Origin: Octopus bimaculoides
Lineage: Eukaryota
Assembly (NCBI RefSeq): GCF_001194135.2
Contig: NC_069001.1
Coordinates: 23,063,900 to 23,127,899, forward strand
Length of the DNA: 64,000 bases
Reading direction: 5' to 3'
The translations under genes and the position numbers were made by a program. The notes beneath the pieces are model-generated. The model ran no database searches, was not told the DNA's origin, and saw only the letters and a program-made list of their open reading frames with translations. The first letter of the stretch is position 1, and every line of letters starts with the position of its first letter. Below are positions 25,587 through 38,660 of the stretch, piece after piece.

Positions 25587-25990
25587 GGTGCAGGAGTGGC
25601 TGTGTGGCAAGTAGCTTGCTTACGAACTACATGGTTCCAGGTTCAGTCCCATTGCGTGGCACCTTGGGCAAGTGTCTTCTACTATAGTCTCAGGCCAACC
25701 AAAGCCTTGTGAGTGGATTTGGTAGACGGAAACTGAAAGAAGCCTGTCGTACATATGTATATATATGTGTGTGTGTGTGTGTTTGTGTGTCTGTGTTTGT
25801 CCCCCAACATCACTTGACAACCGATGCTGGTGTGTTTTCGTCCCTGTAACTTAGTGGTTCAGCAAAAGAGATCAATAGAATAAGTACTAGGCTTACAAAG
25901 ACTAAGTCCTGGGGTCGATTTGCTCGACTAAAGGCGGTGCTCCAGCATGGCCGCAGTTAAATGACTGAAACAAGTAAATGAGTAAAAGAA
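25587..25990 (+). mobile_element. SINE family A full-length, low-divergence copy
   Basis: Retains many CpGs; nearly the reverse complement of 52593-52976. Confidence 0.9.
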
Positions 25991-26511
25991 TATATATATA
26001 TAATAAAAAGTCAGGGTACAATATGTGCCTGTTTGCTTGAAAGAGGAGTTAAAACCCTCCAAAACCACACATCTCTCACTATATGTAAACACGCATGGAG
26101 AATATAGCAAATACATTTATCCAAAACATTCCTCCCACTTGTAAGATACATTAGTGAAATACAAATAAGATCATAGACATTCTAGTGTCAATTGATTTTG
26201 CTGAACCAACCCTCAAAGCTCGTCAGTTGGGCTTACTACATAAATCATTTCAAAAATCATATTATACATTTTGCTTATTTGAATTATGTTTGCTGACCAC
26301 TTTATCATTATTTTTATAGGTAATGATAACCTTTACTTTTACTTTTACTTGTTTCAGTCATTTGACTGTGGCCATGCTGGAGCACCACCTTTAGTCGAGC
26401 AAATCGACCCCAGGACTTATTCTTTGGATGCCTATTAGTTATTCTATCGGTCTCTTTTGCCGAGCCGCTAAGTTACGGGGACATAAACACACCACCATCA
26501 GTTGTCATTTG

Positions 26512-26546
<35 letters not shown>

Positions 26547-26584
26547 CTAACTGTCTGGATGTTTTGCGTTCTTGTCCCGTTTTG

Positions 26585-26620
<36 letters not shown>

Positions 26621-26881
26621 TCATCATCATCATCATCATCACCATCATCCTTTAACGTCTGTTGTCTATGCTGGCATGAGTTGGACAGTTTGACCAGAGC
26701 TGGCAAGTAGGAGAGCTGCATCAGGCTCCAGTCTGATATTAGGCTTGGTTTCTGTGGCTGGATACCCTTCTTAATGCCAACCACTTTACTGAGTCTGCTG
26801 CATACTTTTAACATGTCTCGGGCATGAATGGTTTTACGTGGCACCGGCACAAGTGACTTTTACCCGGCACTGGACTTAGCT

Positions 26882-27545
26882 CATCCAGTTTAAATTGTAT
26901 ATGTTGTTTAGATCACCTTAAACTGTTGTTGACATCCAGAGATGCTATCTTTTTTGCTGATGACACATGTTAATTAAGCACCAATATATTGGCTGACAAG
27001 ATGATTGCTTGTACCAGTAGATGGCACTACCATATCACATGATTTCACAGTTACTGCTGATCATCAGTGGCAGTTGGCCTCACATCAACTGCCAAAATGA
27101 AAATCAGTCATACTGATATAGTATAACAATGGTTTAGCAGCTAGTGATGTCATGGAAAGCTAATGGACTATGAATAAATTAGCTATTAGTGACAGTAACT
27201 GTGTTTGTGAGGAATAATAATTGACTCATCCAAATTAAATTGGATGTGTTGTTTAGGTTGTCTTAAATTGTTGCTAATTTCTATTGATATTATTTCATGT
27301 TGACGACATGTGCTAATTAAGCACTGACTGTATCGGCTGACAAAATGATCGTCTGTACCTGTAGATGGCATTGCTGTATCAAAGGATTTCAATGATTTCT
27401 GCAGATCAGATACAAAAACTAGCCTTGCACTAAATGTGAGAAGGTATGAGAAGGTAAATCAGTGGAACTGATGTAGTGTAATGGCCAAACAGCCAGTGAT
27501 GTCTCAAAAAGCCAGCAGGTTGTGAATAAATTAGCTATTAGTGAG
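26882..27545. repeat. Old tandem dimer, unit about 345-350 bp
   Basis: Collinear blocks CATCCA (26882/27227), TAATTAAGCAC, GGCTGACAA, GTAGATGGCA and AATAAATTAGCTATTAGTGA (27173/27525). Confidence 0.75.
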
Positions 27546-28201
27546 GGTAGTAGTGTTTATAATGTATAAGTTTCCATGCACTTTCCCTCAACTAAATTCA
27601 CTGATAATGCATTAGTCAGCTGGGGGCTAGAGTGGCAGACACTTGTCCAAGGTGCCACACAGTGTGACTGAACCTGGAACCATTTGGCTGGGAAGCAAAC
27701 TTCTTACCACAAAGCCACATCTGTACCACATACAGAAATAGCAGCCACATCTCTCTTAAAGCTGATAATCACCTTTAGAAAGGAATTCCATGTTAGCTAA
27801 TAAGGTCCTCAATGCACACTGTCTGAAAAATAATATGTTACATGACTGTCACAACTGGAATGTCTATGATTATAAATCTGACTAACAAAGGCTGACCAAG
27901 AGTTAAGCAATATAAAGCAGTAACAATTATCACAACATAAATAAAATCTTGGTTTGTCTAATTAACTCATGGCTGAAGATTTGAAGAGAAGAAGAATCTG
28001 AAGTTGCATCACCAGGTGAATTTAAATAGCTGACTAAGACTGACTAATATTTTGACTTGTGAAGTTTTAAAATTAACAATATCAATTCATAAACCCAGCG
28101 TGTGAGTGCATTCAAAAGCTGGTAATTAATTATGGTATAGATCAAGGCTGGAAAGAAGACATTTATAGCTCTATACCATAAGATAAGAGAAAGTAACTTA
28201 C

Positions 28202-28295
28202 CTTTTCGTCTGTGCCATAAATGAAGCTCTTGAACATACCTACCTGCTCCACTTGACATATTGGTATTGTTACCTTCAAAACTCCACTTGTTGAA
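28202..28295 (-). other. Candidate 94-nt exon (weak acceptor)
   Basis: Strong AAAG|GTAAGT donor, GATAG| acceptor without a good pyrimidine tract. Two open frames: FNKW...LWHRRK and STSGVLKVTIP...YGTDEK. Confidence 0.2.
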
Positions 28296-28612
28296 CTATC
28301 AACCAGTCATGATTAACTATGCTTAAATTCACCTCATGTGCTGGAAAGTCATGTAAAGCATGATGTGATCTATTATGGCTACATTAAATAAAGATTTCTA
28401 GTGAAACAATTATTGGAAATATAAACTGCATTCTGTTATTTATTATATATAAGATAGATACAGTCATAGGTGTGTGGTTAGATGTCTGCTTCCAAACCAC
28501 ATGGTTCAGGGTTCAGTTCTACTGCATGGCACTTTGGGCAAGTGTCTTCAACTGTAACCTTGGGCCAACAAAAGTGAGGGAATTTGGTAGACAGAAACTG
28601 AAAGAAGTCCAT

Positions 28613-28651
<39 letters not shown>

Positions 28652-31600
28652 GCGTGCGTGCGTGCATGCATGCATGTGTGTGTGTGTGTGTGAGAGAGAG
28701 AGTGTGTGTGTGTCTTTGTGTTTGTCCAATCCCCACTGCTTGACAACAGGTTTTGGTATGTTTACATCACTCTAACTTAGCGGTTTGACATAAGACACTG
28801 ACAGAATAAGAACCAGGCTTTCAAAAACACAACTAATAGGGTTTTTTCATTCAACTAAAATTTTCCAAAGCAGTGCCCCAACATGACTGCAGTCTAATGA
28901 ATGAAGCAAGTGAANNNNNNNNNNNNNNNNNNNNNNNNNNNNNNNNNNNNNNNNNNNNNNNNNNNNNNNNNNNNNNNNNNNNNNNNNNNNNNNNNNNNNN
29001 NNNNNNNNNNATATATATATATATATATACACACGTGTGTGCATTGTGCTATTGTCCTTTTATTGCACATGTTGTGTTTTGATGGTTTCTGTTTGTTGTG
29101 TTCTTTCTATTCTACCTTTGATTTATCCATGCAACACTCTGTACAACCTGTTGTTTACTTATTAAAAAAGATACCCTTTGAATATTATTTACGACTCTCA
29201 CCCTTTTTTCCTTGCCTTTCACCCTTATTCCTTCCTCCTCTCTCTCTCTCTCTCTTTTCTCCCTTTTCCTCTCTGTCTTTCTCACCCTCTCGTTCTCACC
29301 TTTCTCTCTCGTTCCTTCCCCCCCCTCTCTCTCTCCCACTTGTTTCTCTGTCCCTCTGATTTCATTTTCCCTCTCTCCTATTCCTTAATCCCTTCCCCCT
29401 CCCTCATATTCTTCAATCTCTTTTGCTTTCCTTCCTCTCTTACCTCCCTTGTACCTTTTTCTCTCTCTCAAGCTTTGGTCCCTCTGATTTCTTTCCCCTC
29501 TCTCCTATTCCTTAGTCCCTCTTCCCTCTTCAACTCCTCCTCTCTCCTATCACATCATCGCTGTCTGGTTCAGGCATTTGTCCATTATACATCTATAATT
29601 CTATTTCACGTTACATTTGTCTGGTAGATGAAAGACCCTTTCTGCTATTTACTTATTTGTTTTCATGTATGTACACTTGTTTGCCTTTCCCAGAGGCTTA
29701 ATGCTTTTAGCTTAAGTCCCTGACCCAGCTAGTTTCAAGTAGTATTCGAGATAAGTGAATGAAACTACAAAGACATTCTGGACTCCGACTGAAGAGGCAA
29801 TTGGCTGCAAATGATCTTTGTGTCTTGTTTTGTCCTGTTTGCCATGGTCATGCTATCATCCTTTTTTTATGCATGTTGTGCTTTGATAGTTTCTGTTTGT
29901 TGTATTCTTCCTGTTCTACCTTTGATATATATATATATATATGTAGATATACATATAAATTCAGAAGAGTGGTACAATATATATACCCTTATAGGGCTTT
30001 ATTTTGCTGGAAATTAATACATTTGTATTGAAATATTTTTCATATGCATCATCATCATCATCATCATCATCACAGACTTGGCTGTATGGTATGAAGTTTG
30101 CTTCCCAACTGCATGGTTCTGGTTCAGTCCCACTGTGTGGCACCTTGAACAAGTGTTTTCTACTATAGCCTGGGGTCTACCAAAGCCTTGGGAATGGATT
30201 TCATAGGTGGAAACTGAAAGAAACCCATTATATGCATATCTTTGTTTCCCCACCACCACCACTTGACAGCTGGTGCTGGAGTGTTTACACCCCTGCAACT
30301 TAGTGGTTCTGCAAAAGAGACTGATATGCTTGATATCATAAATATCTTCCTTGTATTGAAGAGAATTTGAAAGACTTGTTTAAATATGTATCACAAATGA
30401 ACTAAGTTTTTTAAAATTTTTAATAGGCATTTATTATGCCCAAAGAATTCTTTTATTTTCTCTGTGTATTATTTCCACGTCTGAATTGTCTGCATTCTAA
30501 AAGAAAAAAAAAACATTCTAGGTTAGAGTTGAAGTTTTTTATCGGTTTCTATAAAAGCAATTTTACTTTCCATATCGCAAAAATGTTGCAGCATTTTGTA
30601 TAGTTTTAGTCTAGATATAGATAAATACATATTTTTTTATTGCATAAGATTTACCTCTGCTGTTTTTATTTTAGTAAATTGTAATATGGCTTTTCCTTTA
30701 AGAAACAATTATTTGGAGGTAGACTTTCATCTATATTGAGAATAATGGAACGATTCTACCAGCTGGTTATGTCTTCATTATAAGAAGTGTTACATGTTTA
30801 GAATATCTCACACAACAGACAGGGAACAAATAACTATGATCTTAACAAGAGTTAATTTGGCTTAACACATTCAATGCAAGGAATATCAGAAGCAAATTAA
30901 AAATAATCATTTGGTGAGGAAAAGGCATTACTAGTCAATGTCTAATATTATTTCAGTCATTCCAGCAAATCTGGGTGATGAATTCATGCAGGTTTTAGTT
31001 TCATTAAACCGTTTCAGCAGAGCATAGATTTTGCTATTACTGCTCTGGTAAGCATGAGACTATGAGCACCAGAATAATAAGGAGAGAATTACTGACTAAA
31101 TGTACAAAAACCTAGCTTCTAGAATATAAATCCCAGTAGTTACGAGTTGCTCTTTGGCAAGGCATAGCCCCTGTTCAGCTTCCCTGCCAGAGATATGGCA
31201 AAGTCGTAGGGCTGCAGTGTGGTGGATTATAAAGAGGCAGTAGGAGAGGTCAACTGAGCCAATGGGGTTTCTTACATTGAAGCTGGGTGGAGGATTCCTA
31301 GAAGATCAATGATCAAGATCACCAAGCTCTATCAAGAGAGTATCTGCATCGCATCCATGGTTGTGTAATCAGCTAATGAAAGATTCCTGACTCAAGCTCC
31401 CAATTCAATAGAATAAGTCCCAGGCTTTAAAAAAATAAGTCCTGGAATCGATTCAGGTGCTGCCCTAGCATGGCCGCAGTCTAATAATTGAAACAAGTAA
31501 AAGGAAAAGAAAAGATATCCTTCAATTGTCATCTGCTCAATTCACTCATAATGTTTTGGTTGAACTGGAGCTCAGGTAAAAAAACTCTTGTCCAAGGTGC

Positions 31601-33069
31601 TGTGCAGTGGGGCTGAATATAAAACCAAATACTTGGAGCATCAGCTTCTTAACGACAGAGGCAAACCTGCAGTTCAGGGATTTTGCTTGCAACATCTACG
31701 TTTCCCAATCTGTCACTGATCGAAATATTAACTGGTCTTGACATTGTTTAATTCCTGTGATCAAATGAAAAACAATGTTTTCAATGTCCTATGGCCATGA
31801 AATGAACTTCCTTATCTAATGGAATGTATCAGTTCATTATTGTTGTTGTTGTTGTTGTTGTTATATATGCATAGTATCTGTTCAACCATGACCTAAGGCA
31901 TTCAAGCCATGACCATCTCTTCCATTAAACATGAGACAATCTACCTAACATTCATGGTTGAGGTAATCAGCTCATAATCACAAGGTCGTGAGTTCAATTC
32001 CTTGCAGCACATTGTGTCCTTAAGCAAGATACTTCATTTCATGTTGCTCCAGTCCACTCAGCTGGCAAAAGTGAATTGTAGCTGTAATTCAAAGAGCTGG
32101 CCTTGTCACACTGAATCCCCCTGAGAGCTACATTAGGAGTACATGTGTCTGTGGAGTGCTCAGCCACTTGCATCTTAATTTCACAAGCAGGCTGTTCCCT
32201 CGATCAGATCAATTGAAACCCTTGTCATCATAACCAATGGAGTACAAGTAATTACATTATCTAGTGTGCTTATTGCCAGGATGGTGAGATGTGACATGAG
32301 GATTATTTGGCTATCATTTCTTGAAAGTATAGTGATTGGGAAGAGGCTATCTTGTTATTATAGCAGGGGCAACAGAAAACCAGACTATTTTCCTTTAATA
32401 ACTCAAGAATTCTGTGCTTACAGTCAAATCTTATATTAATGATTTGGTTGAGATCCAATATGTTTGCCCATCACTCCAGACCTGCTCTGTATTTGAGCTA
32501 GGTTTCCATTTCGGAATCAAATGCAGTTCGTCCCTCTGAAGAGACTTTACCAAAATCTCAAATGTTATATGCTCGGGTATCACAGTAGGTAAAGTACTTC
32601 ATCCTGTTACCCTGTGTTTCTGAGTTCATTCCTAATGTGAGGCATATTTGGCAATATCTCTTCACAAGATCATATGTATTTTGGGATATGGAAACTGAAA
32701 AGAAGCCTATTTATATATATATATGTATGTCAGGTTACTCTTAATATTACTGGTAACATTTAACGTGGTGCAACCTGTTACATGATCAGACCATCAGTGA
32801 CTAAACCAGTAACCCTACCAAACCCGATTTTCCTTGGACAAAAGACAAAATCTGCCAAAGGATGGCTGAATTCAGTAGAGCCAATGGCCACACAATAACT
32901 GAGAGTAAGAGACTCCTTGTCTTCATTTAGACATCTCTTTAGGAGAAAGAAATTCCAAAATAATACCTGCTTTATTGCCAAAACCTGAAGATTTTGCTGT
33001 TGTTTGTTTCTTGGCAACTTCTCTTTGTAGGGGAGAGTCTTAGTGGGGTTGTGCAAGCTGTTATTGACC

Positions 33070-33282
33070 TTAACCCTTTACCTTTTCATCTGCCCAAATC
33101 CTTCCCAGATATTCCCTATTTTATGTTAAAACTTCTTACACATAATCTACAATGTCATTGTAAAAATAAACAATCACATCATCAAAATCTCGAAGCTACG
33201 AAATAATGCATGATTAATTTAAAACAAAGTGAAATAAACAAGCATTGCATTTGACAGAGTAATCTGAATGCGAAAGAGTTAA
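33070..33282 (+). mobile_element. piggyBac-type MITE
   Basis: TTAACCCTTTA...GAAAGAGTTAA; homologous to 1464-1687. Confidence 0.6.
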
Positions 33283-34449
33283 ACTTCACTACAGTTATTA
33301 CTGACATCCATCATCTTTAACATCCAGGATAACATAATTTGTCAGTAGTGGCCATACTTGTCTACAAGCTGACAGCTACCATGAATGTATGTATGCCTAG
33401 ATGCATAAACCTTACATCGGAGTTCATTGACAAAGTGCATAAATGTTGGTAAAAAACAAAAATAAAAGACAGAGATGCTTGTTTCTTACTCTCACAACCA
33501 GAAAGGTGAGATCTGTTTCTTAGCTCAGAGGAAATTTGTAATCAATTGTTTCAGAAATTGTGATATACTACACAAATAAATGTCATCTATGTATTGTACT
33601 TAATGAAAATACATCTCAAAAGACAAATTAACTGCAGTATTTATGTAGGGATAATATCCCTTATCAATGCAGTTTAAAAGCACAGAGGTATATCAGTTGT
33701 AGAGGAAAATTGTCCAGCAGTGGTTGTGAGCATGCTAAATGTGTATTTCTCTCTTGTTAGGCTTCATCAGTAGCAAGTGACCACTACCAGCTACAAGCTG
33801 AGACAAAATCCATAGCTACTGACATAGGAAAGCAGTAGTTGAAAGATCAATGATATTGTGAACAACTATCCATTTTGTTATTTTTTTTTTCCTGCATATA
33901 GCCCTGTTCAGGAAGGGACATGGTTCAGTGGTTTGAGCATGGGCAACTGCTGGTCTTCCATAAACAACCTTGCCTGGACTTGTGCCTTGAGGGTAACTTT
34001 CTAGGAGCAATCCCATAGTCATTCATGACTGAAAGAGGTCTTTTACTCCTGTTCAGGAAGTCTAGAAAAGTAGGTTGGTTTCCGGTGGTGTTAGGTACTC
34101 AGATGTGAAGATCTTGCTTTATAGAAACAATGTCAATTTTAGAACTTCATATTTAAGTATCAAATCTCTACAATAATACCAACTTTTCGTTCCTCAGATA
34201 TTTTTATCTTTGAAAAGATTTTTATCAGTTTTTATTAAGTGTTCTTTTAGAGTATCTGAGTCTTTACAATATCTGCCAACTTTATTGTCTCCTATAGTAT
34301 CAGACAGGTTGATGTATTAGCAGAGTTTTTGTGTTGAAATTTCTTTTCTCTTTGATAATGCCCTTTGTATAGCATTGTTCAGTTTGATGATGTATATTCA
34401 GTATAATTGTAATAAAATTGTCATAAAATTTTCTCTTTTCTTGCCTTTT

Positions 34450-35375
34450 CATTATTATTATTATTGTTGTTGTTGTTATTTTTTTATTATTATTATCCTT
34501 GTCTTTCAATTTTATTTCCATTTCTTGCTGCATGTCTCCCCAACACCTAGGGCACAGAAATACACTGCATACATTGGTAGGCCACTAAAATAAACACACC
34601 AGATTGTTCATTTGCAAAGTCATATGATAAAGAAAAAGGAAAGAAGAAAAAATTCAAGAAAAAAACAAAGAAAATAAAGGGGGAAAAAAAGAAAGTTTAC
34701 TATGGCAATGCTCTTCTCAAAACATGTAACATACCAGTTAAGATAATCTTTTGCACTTTCTGCATGGATGGTAAGCCAGGGATCATTCTTAAATAATTTT
34801 CAGTTCCTTTTTTAATCATTCCAAGTGTTCCTACAATCACTGGTATTGTAACCATCATGAGATGCCACATCTTTTTTTATTTCAATTACCAAATCTTTAT
34901 ATTTCCTGAACTTATCAAATTCTTTTGCCAAGACTTTATGGTAACAGGAAATGCTTGTGTCAATCAATGAATAGACTTTATTGTTTTGTTTTTTTTCACA
35001 ATATCTGGTTTATTTGTATTCATGGTCCGGTCTGTACATACTGGAAAGTCCCAAAGAATCATTACATTTTCTGTCTGTTACAATTTTTATTTTGTAATGC
35101 CAACATATTATCCAATGTAGATATTGGCCAACTCTGTCATGTTTTGATTTATACTTTATAAGTGCTAAAATCTTACACCCAGAGATTAGATGGGCCACTG
35201 TTTCAATCTCATCTTTGCAGTACCGACACTTTGGGTCTACTCCATTTTTCATCACATTGGCTTGATTGTCTTGGGTTAATAAGCTCCCTGCCTTTAGCCC
35301 TGAGCTCCATAGCCACTGATGGGTGTGCTTCTGGTATACATCAGCTTGTTTGTTACAGGTCGCATATTTACCATT
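34450..35375 (-). mobile_element. R4/Dong-like retrotransposon 3' fragment (zinc knuckle and RLE end)
   Basis: DPKCRYCKDEIETVAHLISGC (CX2CX7HX4C) and YKSKHDRVGQYLHW, then TIPVIVGTLGMIKK; (ATT)n tracts on both sides. Confidence 0.85.
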
Positions 35376-35386
35376 TATTATCATTA

Positions 35387-35434
<48 letters not shown>

Positions 35435-36849
35435 TGAGTGTGTAGACTAATTTTCACATCGGGTGAAATGTTCAGTGGTATTTCATTAGTCCTTGCATTC
35501 AGAGTTCAAATTCTGCAAGGGTCAACTATGCACTTCATCATTTTGGTGTCAATAAATTAACTAATAGTTGAGTACTGGTGTTGATGTAACCAGCTAGTAC
35601 CTTTCTTCAAAATTTCGTGCCTTGTGCCTATTGTAGAAAAGATTATTATTATTATTATTATTATTATTATTGAGTGAGAGAGCAGTGCATGCTATCAAAG
35701 TGACACTGGGGTAAAATATACGAAGCCCATCTGATAAGGGTACACCAGGCACATGCATCACAACCACATGTCCGCGACATGGTGATCTCATATCAAAATA
35801 AACAGCGCATGACCTTGCAGTTAGAATTTTCTTCAGGTCGAGTAGCCCATCCCACTCAAAAGGCAAAAGGTCCCTGAATAATGGTAAAAGTATTTTTTCG
35901 TTTTCTGAAAAAGCAACATTTTGGACTTACGAAACTTTTGCATAATNNNNNNNNNNNNNNNNNNNNNNNNNNNNNNNNNNNNNNNNNNNNNNNNNNNNNN
36001 NNNNNNNNNNNNNNNNNNNNNNNNNNNNNNNNNNNNNNNNNNNNNNNNNNNNNNNNNNNNNNNNNNNNNNNNNNNNNNNNNNNNNNNNNNNNNNNNNNNN
36101 NNNNNNNNNNNNNNNNNNNNNNNNNNNNNNNNNNNNNNNNNNNNNNNNNNNNNNNNNNNNNNNNNNNNNNNNNNNNNNNNNNNNNNNNNNNNNNNNNNNN
36201 NNNNNNNNNNNNNNNNNNNNNNNNNNNNNNNNNNNNNNNNNNNNNNNNNNNNNNNNNNNNNNNNNNNNNNNNNNNNNNNNNNNNNNNNNNNNNNNNNNNN
36301 NNNNNNNNNNNNNNNNNNNNNNNNNNNNNNNNNNNNNNNNNNNNNNNNNNNNNNNNNNNNNNNNNNNNNNNNNNNNNNNNNNNNNNNNNNNNNNNNNNNN
36401 NNNNNNNNNNNNNNNNNNNNNNNNNNNNNNNNNNNNNNNNNNNNNNNNNNNNNNNNNNNNNNNNNNNNNNNNNNNNNNNNNNNNNNNNNNNNNNNNNNNN
36501 NNNNNNNNNNNNNNNNNNNNNNNNNNNNNNNNNNNNNNNNNNNNNNNNNNNNNNNNNNNNNNNNNNNNNNNNNNNNNNNNNNNNNNNNNNNNNNNNNNNN
36601 NNNNNNNNNNNNNNNNNNNNNNNNNNNNNNNNNNNNNNNNNNNNNNNNNNNNNNNNNNNNNNNNNNNNNNNNNNNNNNNNNNNNNNNNTTTCCTACCAAT
36701 TTATACATGAACTACTATTGAACTACAAAAGCTCAAAGACAATATAATGTATGGGTATATTTATTTTTTTATATATTATTGTTTTATATATTATTTTCTT
36801 CATTTTGTACTTTTTTGTACTTCTTTGTAAAAAAACATTTTCATTCTCC

Positions 36850-36896
36850 TTCTTCTTGATAATTTGCTTCATCGCAATGAAAACCGGTTAGAAAAA
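36850..36896 (+). ncRNA. Minimal type I hammerhead ribozyme, U3:A8 variant
   Basis: TTCTTC-TTGATAA-T TTGC TTCATC GCAA T-GAAA-A CCGG T-TA-GAAAAA: palindromic stem III AACCGGTT and UUA triplet, within an AT-rich PLE-like 3' end (36689-36910). Confidence 0.6.
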
Positions 36897-37054
36897 ATCT
36901 TTATTAAATTATGCTTCCAGTTCAGCATTCTGGCTTTTTTTCATTTTCCTATATATATATATATATATATGCATAGGGTTGCTGACAGAAAGGGCATCAT
37001 GCTGTAGAAAATCCACTCCAACAAAATCGGTTTGACTCATGCAATAAAGATGGT

Positions 37055-37720
37055 TAATATCTTTTATCTTTTTACTTGTTTTAGTCATTAAACTGTGGCC
37101 ATGCTGGGGCACTGCCATGAAGAACATTCAATCAAATGAATCATTTCCAGTAATTATTTTCTGTTAAGCCTGATAATTATTCTATCAGTCACTTTTGCAC
37201 AACTGCTAAGTTATGGGTACATAAACACACCAACATCGATTGTCAATTGCTGGTGGGGGCAAAGACACTCACACACACACACACACAAGCACGACACGGG
37301 CTTCTTTCAGTTTCCATCTACCAAATCCACTCACAAAGCTTTATTTGGCCTGAGACTATAGAAAAAAGCACTTACCTAAGATGCTATGCATTGGAACTGA
37401 ACCTGGAACCATGTGGTTGTGAAGCAAGCTTCTTACCACACAGCCACAACTGCAATTATATATATATGTATATATTCTTTTATTATTTGATTCTCTTACT
37501 TGTTTCAGTCATCTGACTGTGGCCATGTTGGAGCACTGACTTTAGTCAAACAAATCGACCCCAGGACTTATTCTTTGTAAGCCTAGTATTTATTCTATTT
37601 GGTCCCTTTAGCTGAACTGCTAAGTTATGGGGATATAAAAACACCAACATCGGTTGTCAAGTGATGGTAAGGGGAGAGACACAGACACACAAACATATAC
37701 TTATATACATACATACATGC

Positions 37721-37803
<83 letters not shown>

Positions 37804-37940
37804 AGCTTGTTTCAGTTTCTGTCTACCAAATCCACTCACAAGGCTTTAGTCAGCTTGAGGCTATAGTAGAAGACACTTGCCCAAGATGATGTCACGCAGT
37901 GGGACTGAACCCAGAACAGTGTGGTTGGGAAGCAAGCTTC
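37055..37940 (-). mobile_element. Two adjacent SINE family A copies
   Basis: Full head-core-tail on the minus strand at about 37055-37450 and 37495-37940. Confidence 0.85.
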
Positions 37941-37960
37941 TTACCACACACCCATGCCTG

Positions 37961-38630
37961 CAGAGAATCTGCATCAAATTTTGCCAAAAACTTGGTGATA
38001 CCAGCTCAGAGGCCTATGCAAAGTTTACAAAATGTTTCCATCATTCTCGACACAATTAAGATCTTGTGCAACTGAAACCTGAATGTCTTTTTGGTCAGCT
38101 GAAAGCAGTTTTGGCACAAAGCTGCCAGTCACGTATCTCATTCCCAAATCTTCAGTGATAATGGACTGAACTGAACTGTAACTAATCTGCACATCCTCTG
38201 ATAACTCACAGATTGTAATTTGGTGATTTCCTCTCACAGCTGCAATGTTTTTCTCAGTTCTACTGGTTGTGGGTCTCCCAGAACGTTCGTCAATATCGAC
38301 ATTTTTTCAGCTATCTTGGAAACATCTGAACAACTTGTACACTTCTGTGCAGCTCATACTCTCCCCTCCATACACTTTCTGCAACATTGCATAGGCCTCT
38401 GAGAAGGTATCGCTATGGCAACTTTCTCTGTCATGGTCAGTGCAACGATCACACGCTACACACTTTCCTTCCAAGCACTGCTGTAAACAGCGTAAGTGAG
38501 CTAGAACATTAAAACTTAGTTCACATGCACAGTAGAGTCAAAGGTCACTATTTGCTGAGTGGCTTCACTCTGCATGCTTTAGCTTTGTTAGTATGGCGAC
38601 ATTCCCGATACTTATTGATCAGACCTTGTA
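37961..38630 (-). mobile_element. mariner transposon 5' part (transposase pseudogene, ATG at 38434)
   Basis: TIR-like end TA-CAAGGTCTGATCAATAAGTATC. Minus-strand remnants DERSGRPTTSRTEKNI...ITICELSEDVQIS...FVPKLLSADQK. Confidence 0.85.
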
Positions 38631-38660
38631 TGCGGCATATATCTATATCTATCTATATAT

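Noticed and set aside
26030-26075. TTGAAAGA-GGAG...CTCC-AAAAC resembling an HHR
   Set aside because: G12 is missing, the core is irregular, and there is no stem I or III.
29786-29820. Hammerhead-like CTGAAGA-GGC AATTG GCT-GCAAATGATC in a PLE-like repeat (direct repeats about 29040-29130 and 29840-29930)
   Set aside because: GAAA is interrupted and no stem I pairing is found; too decayed to call.
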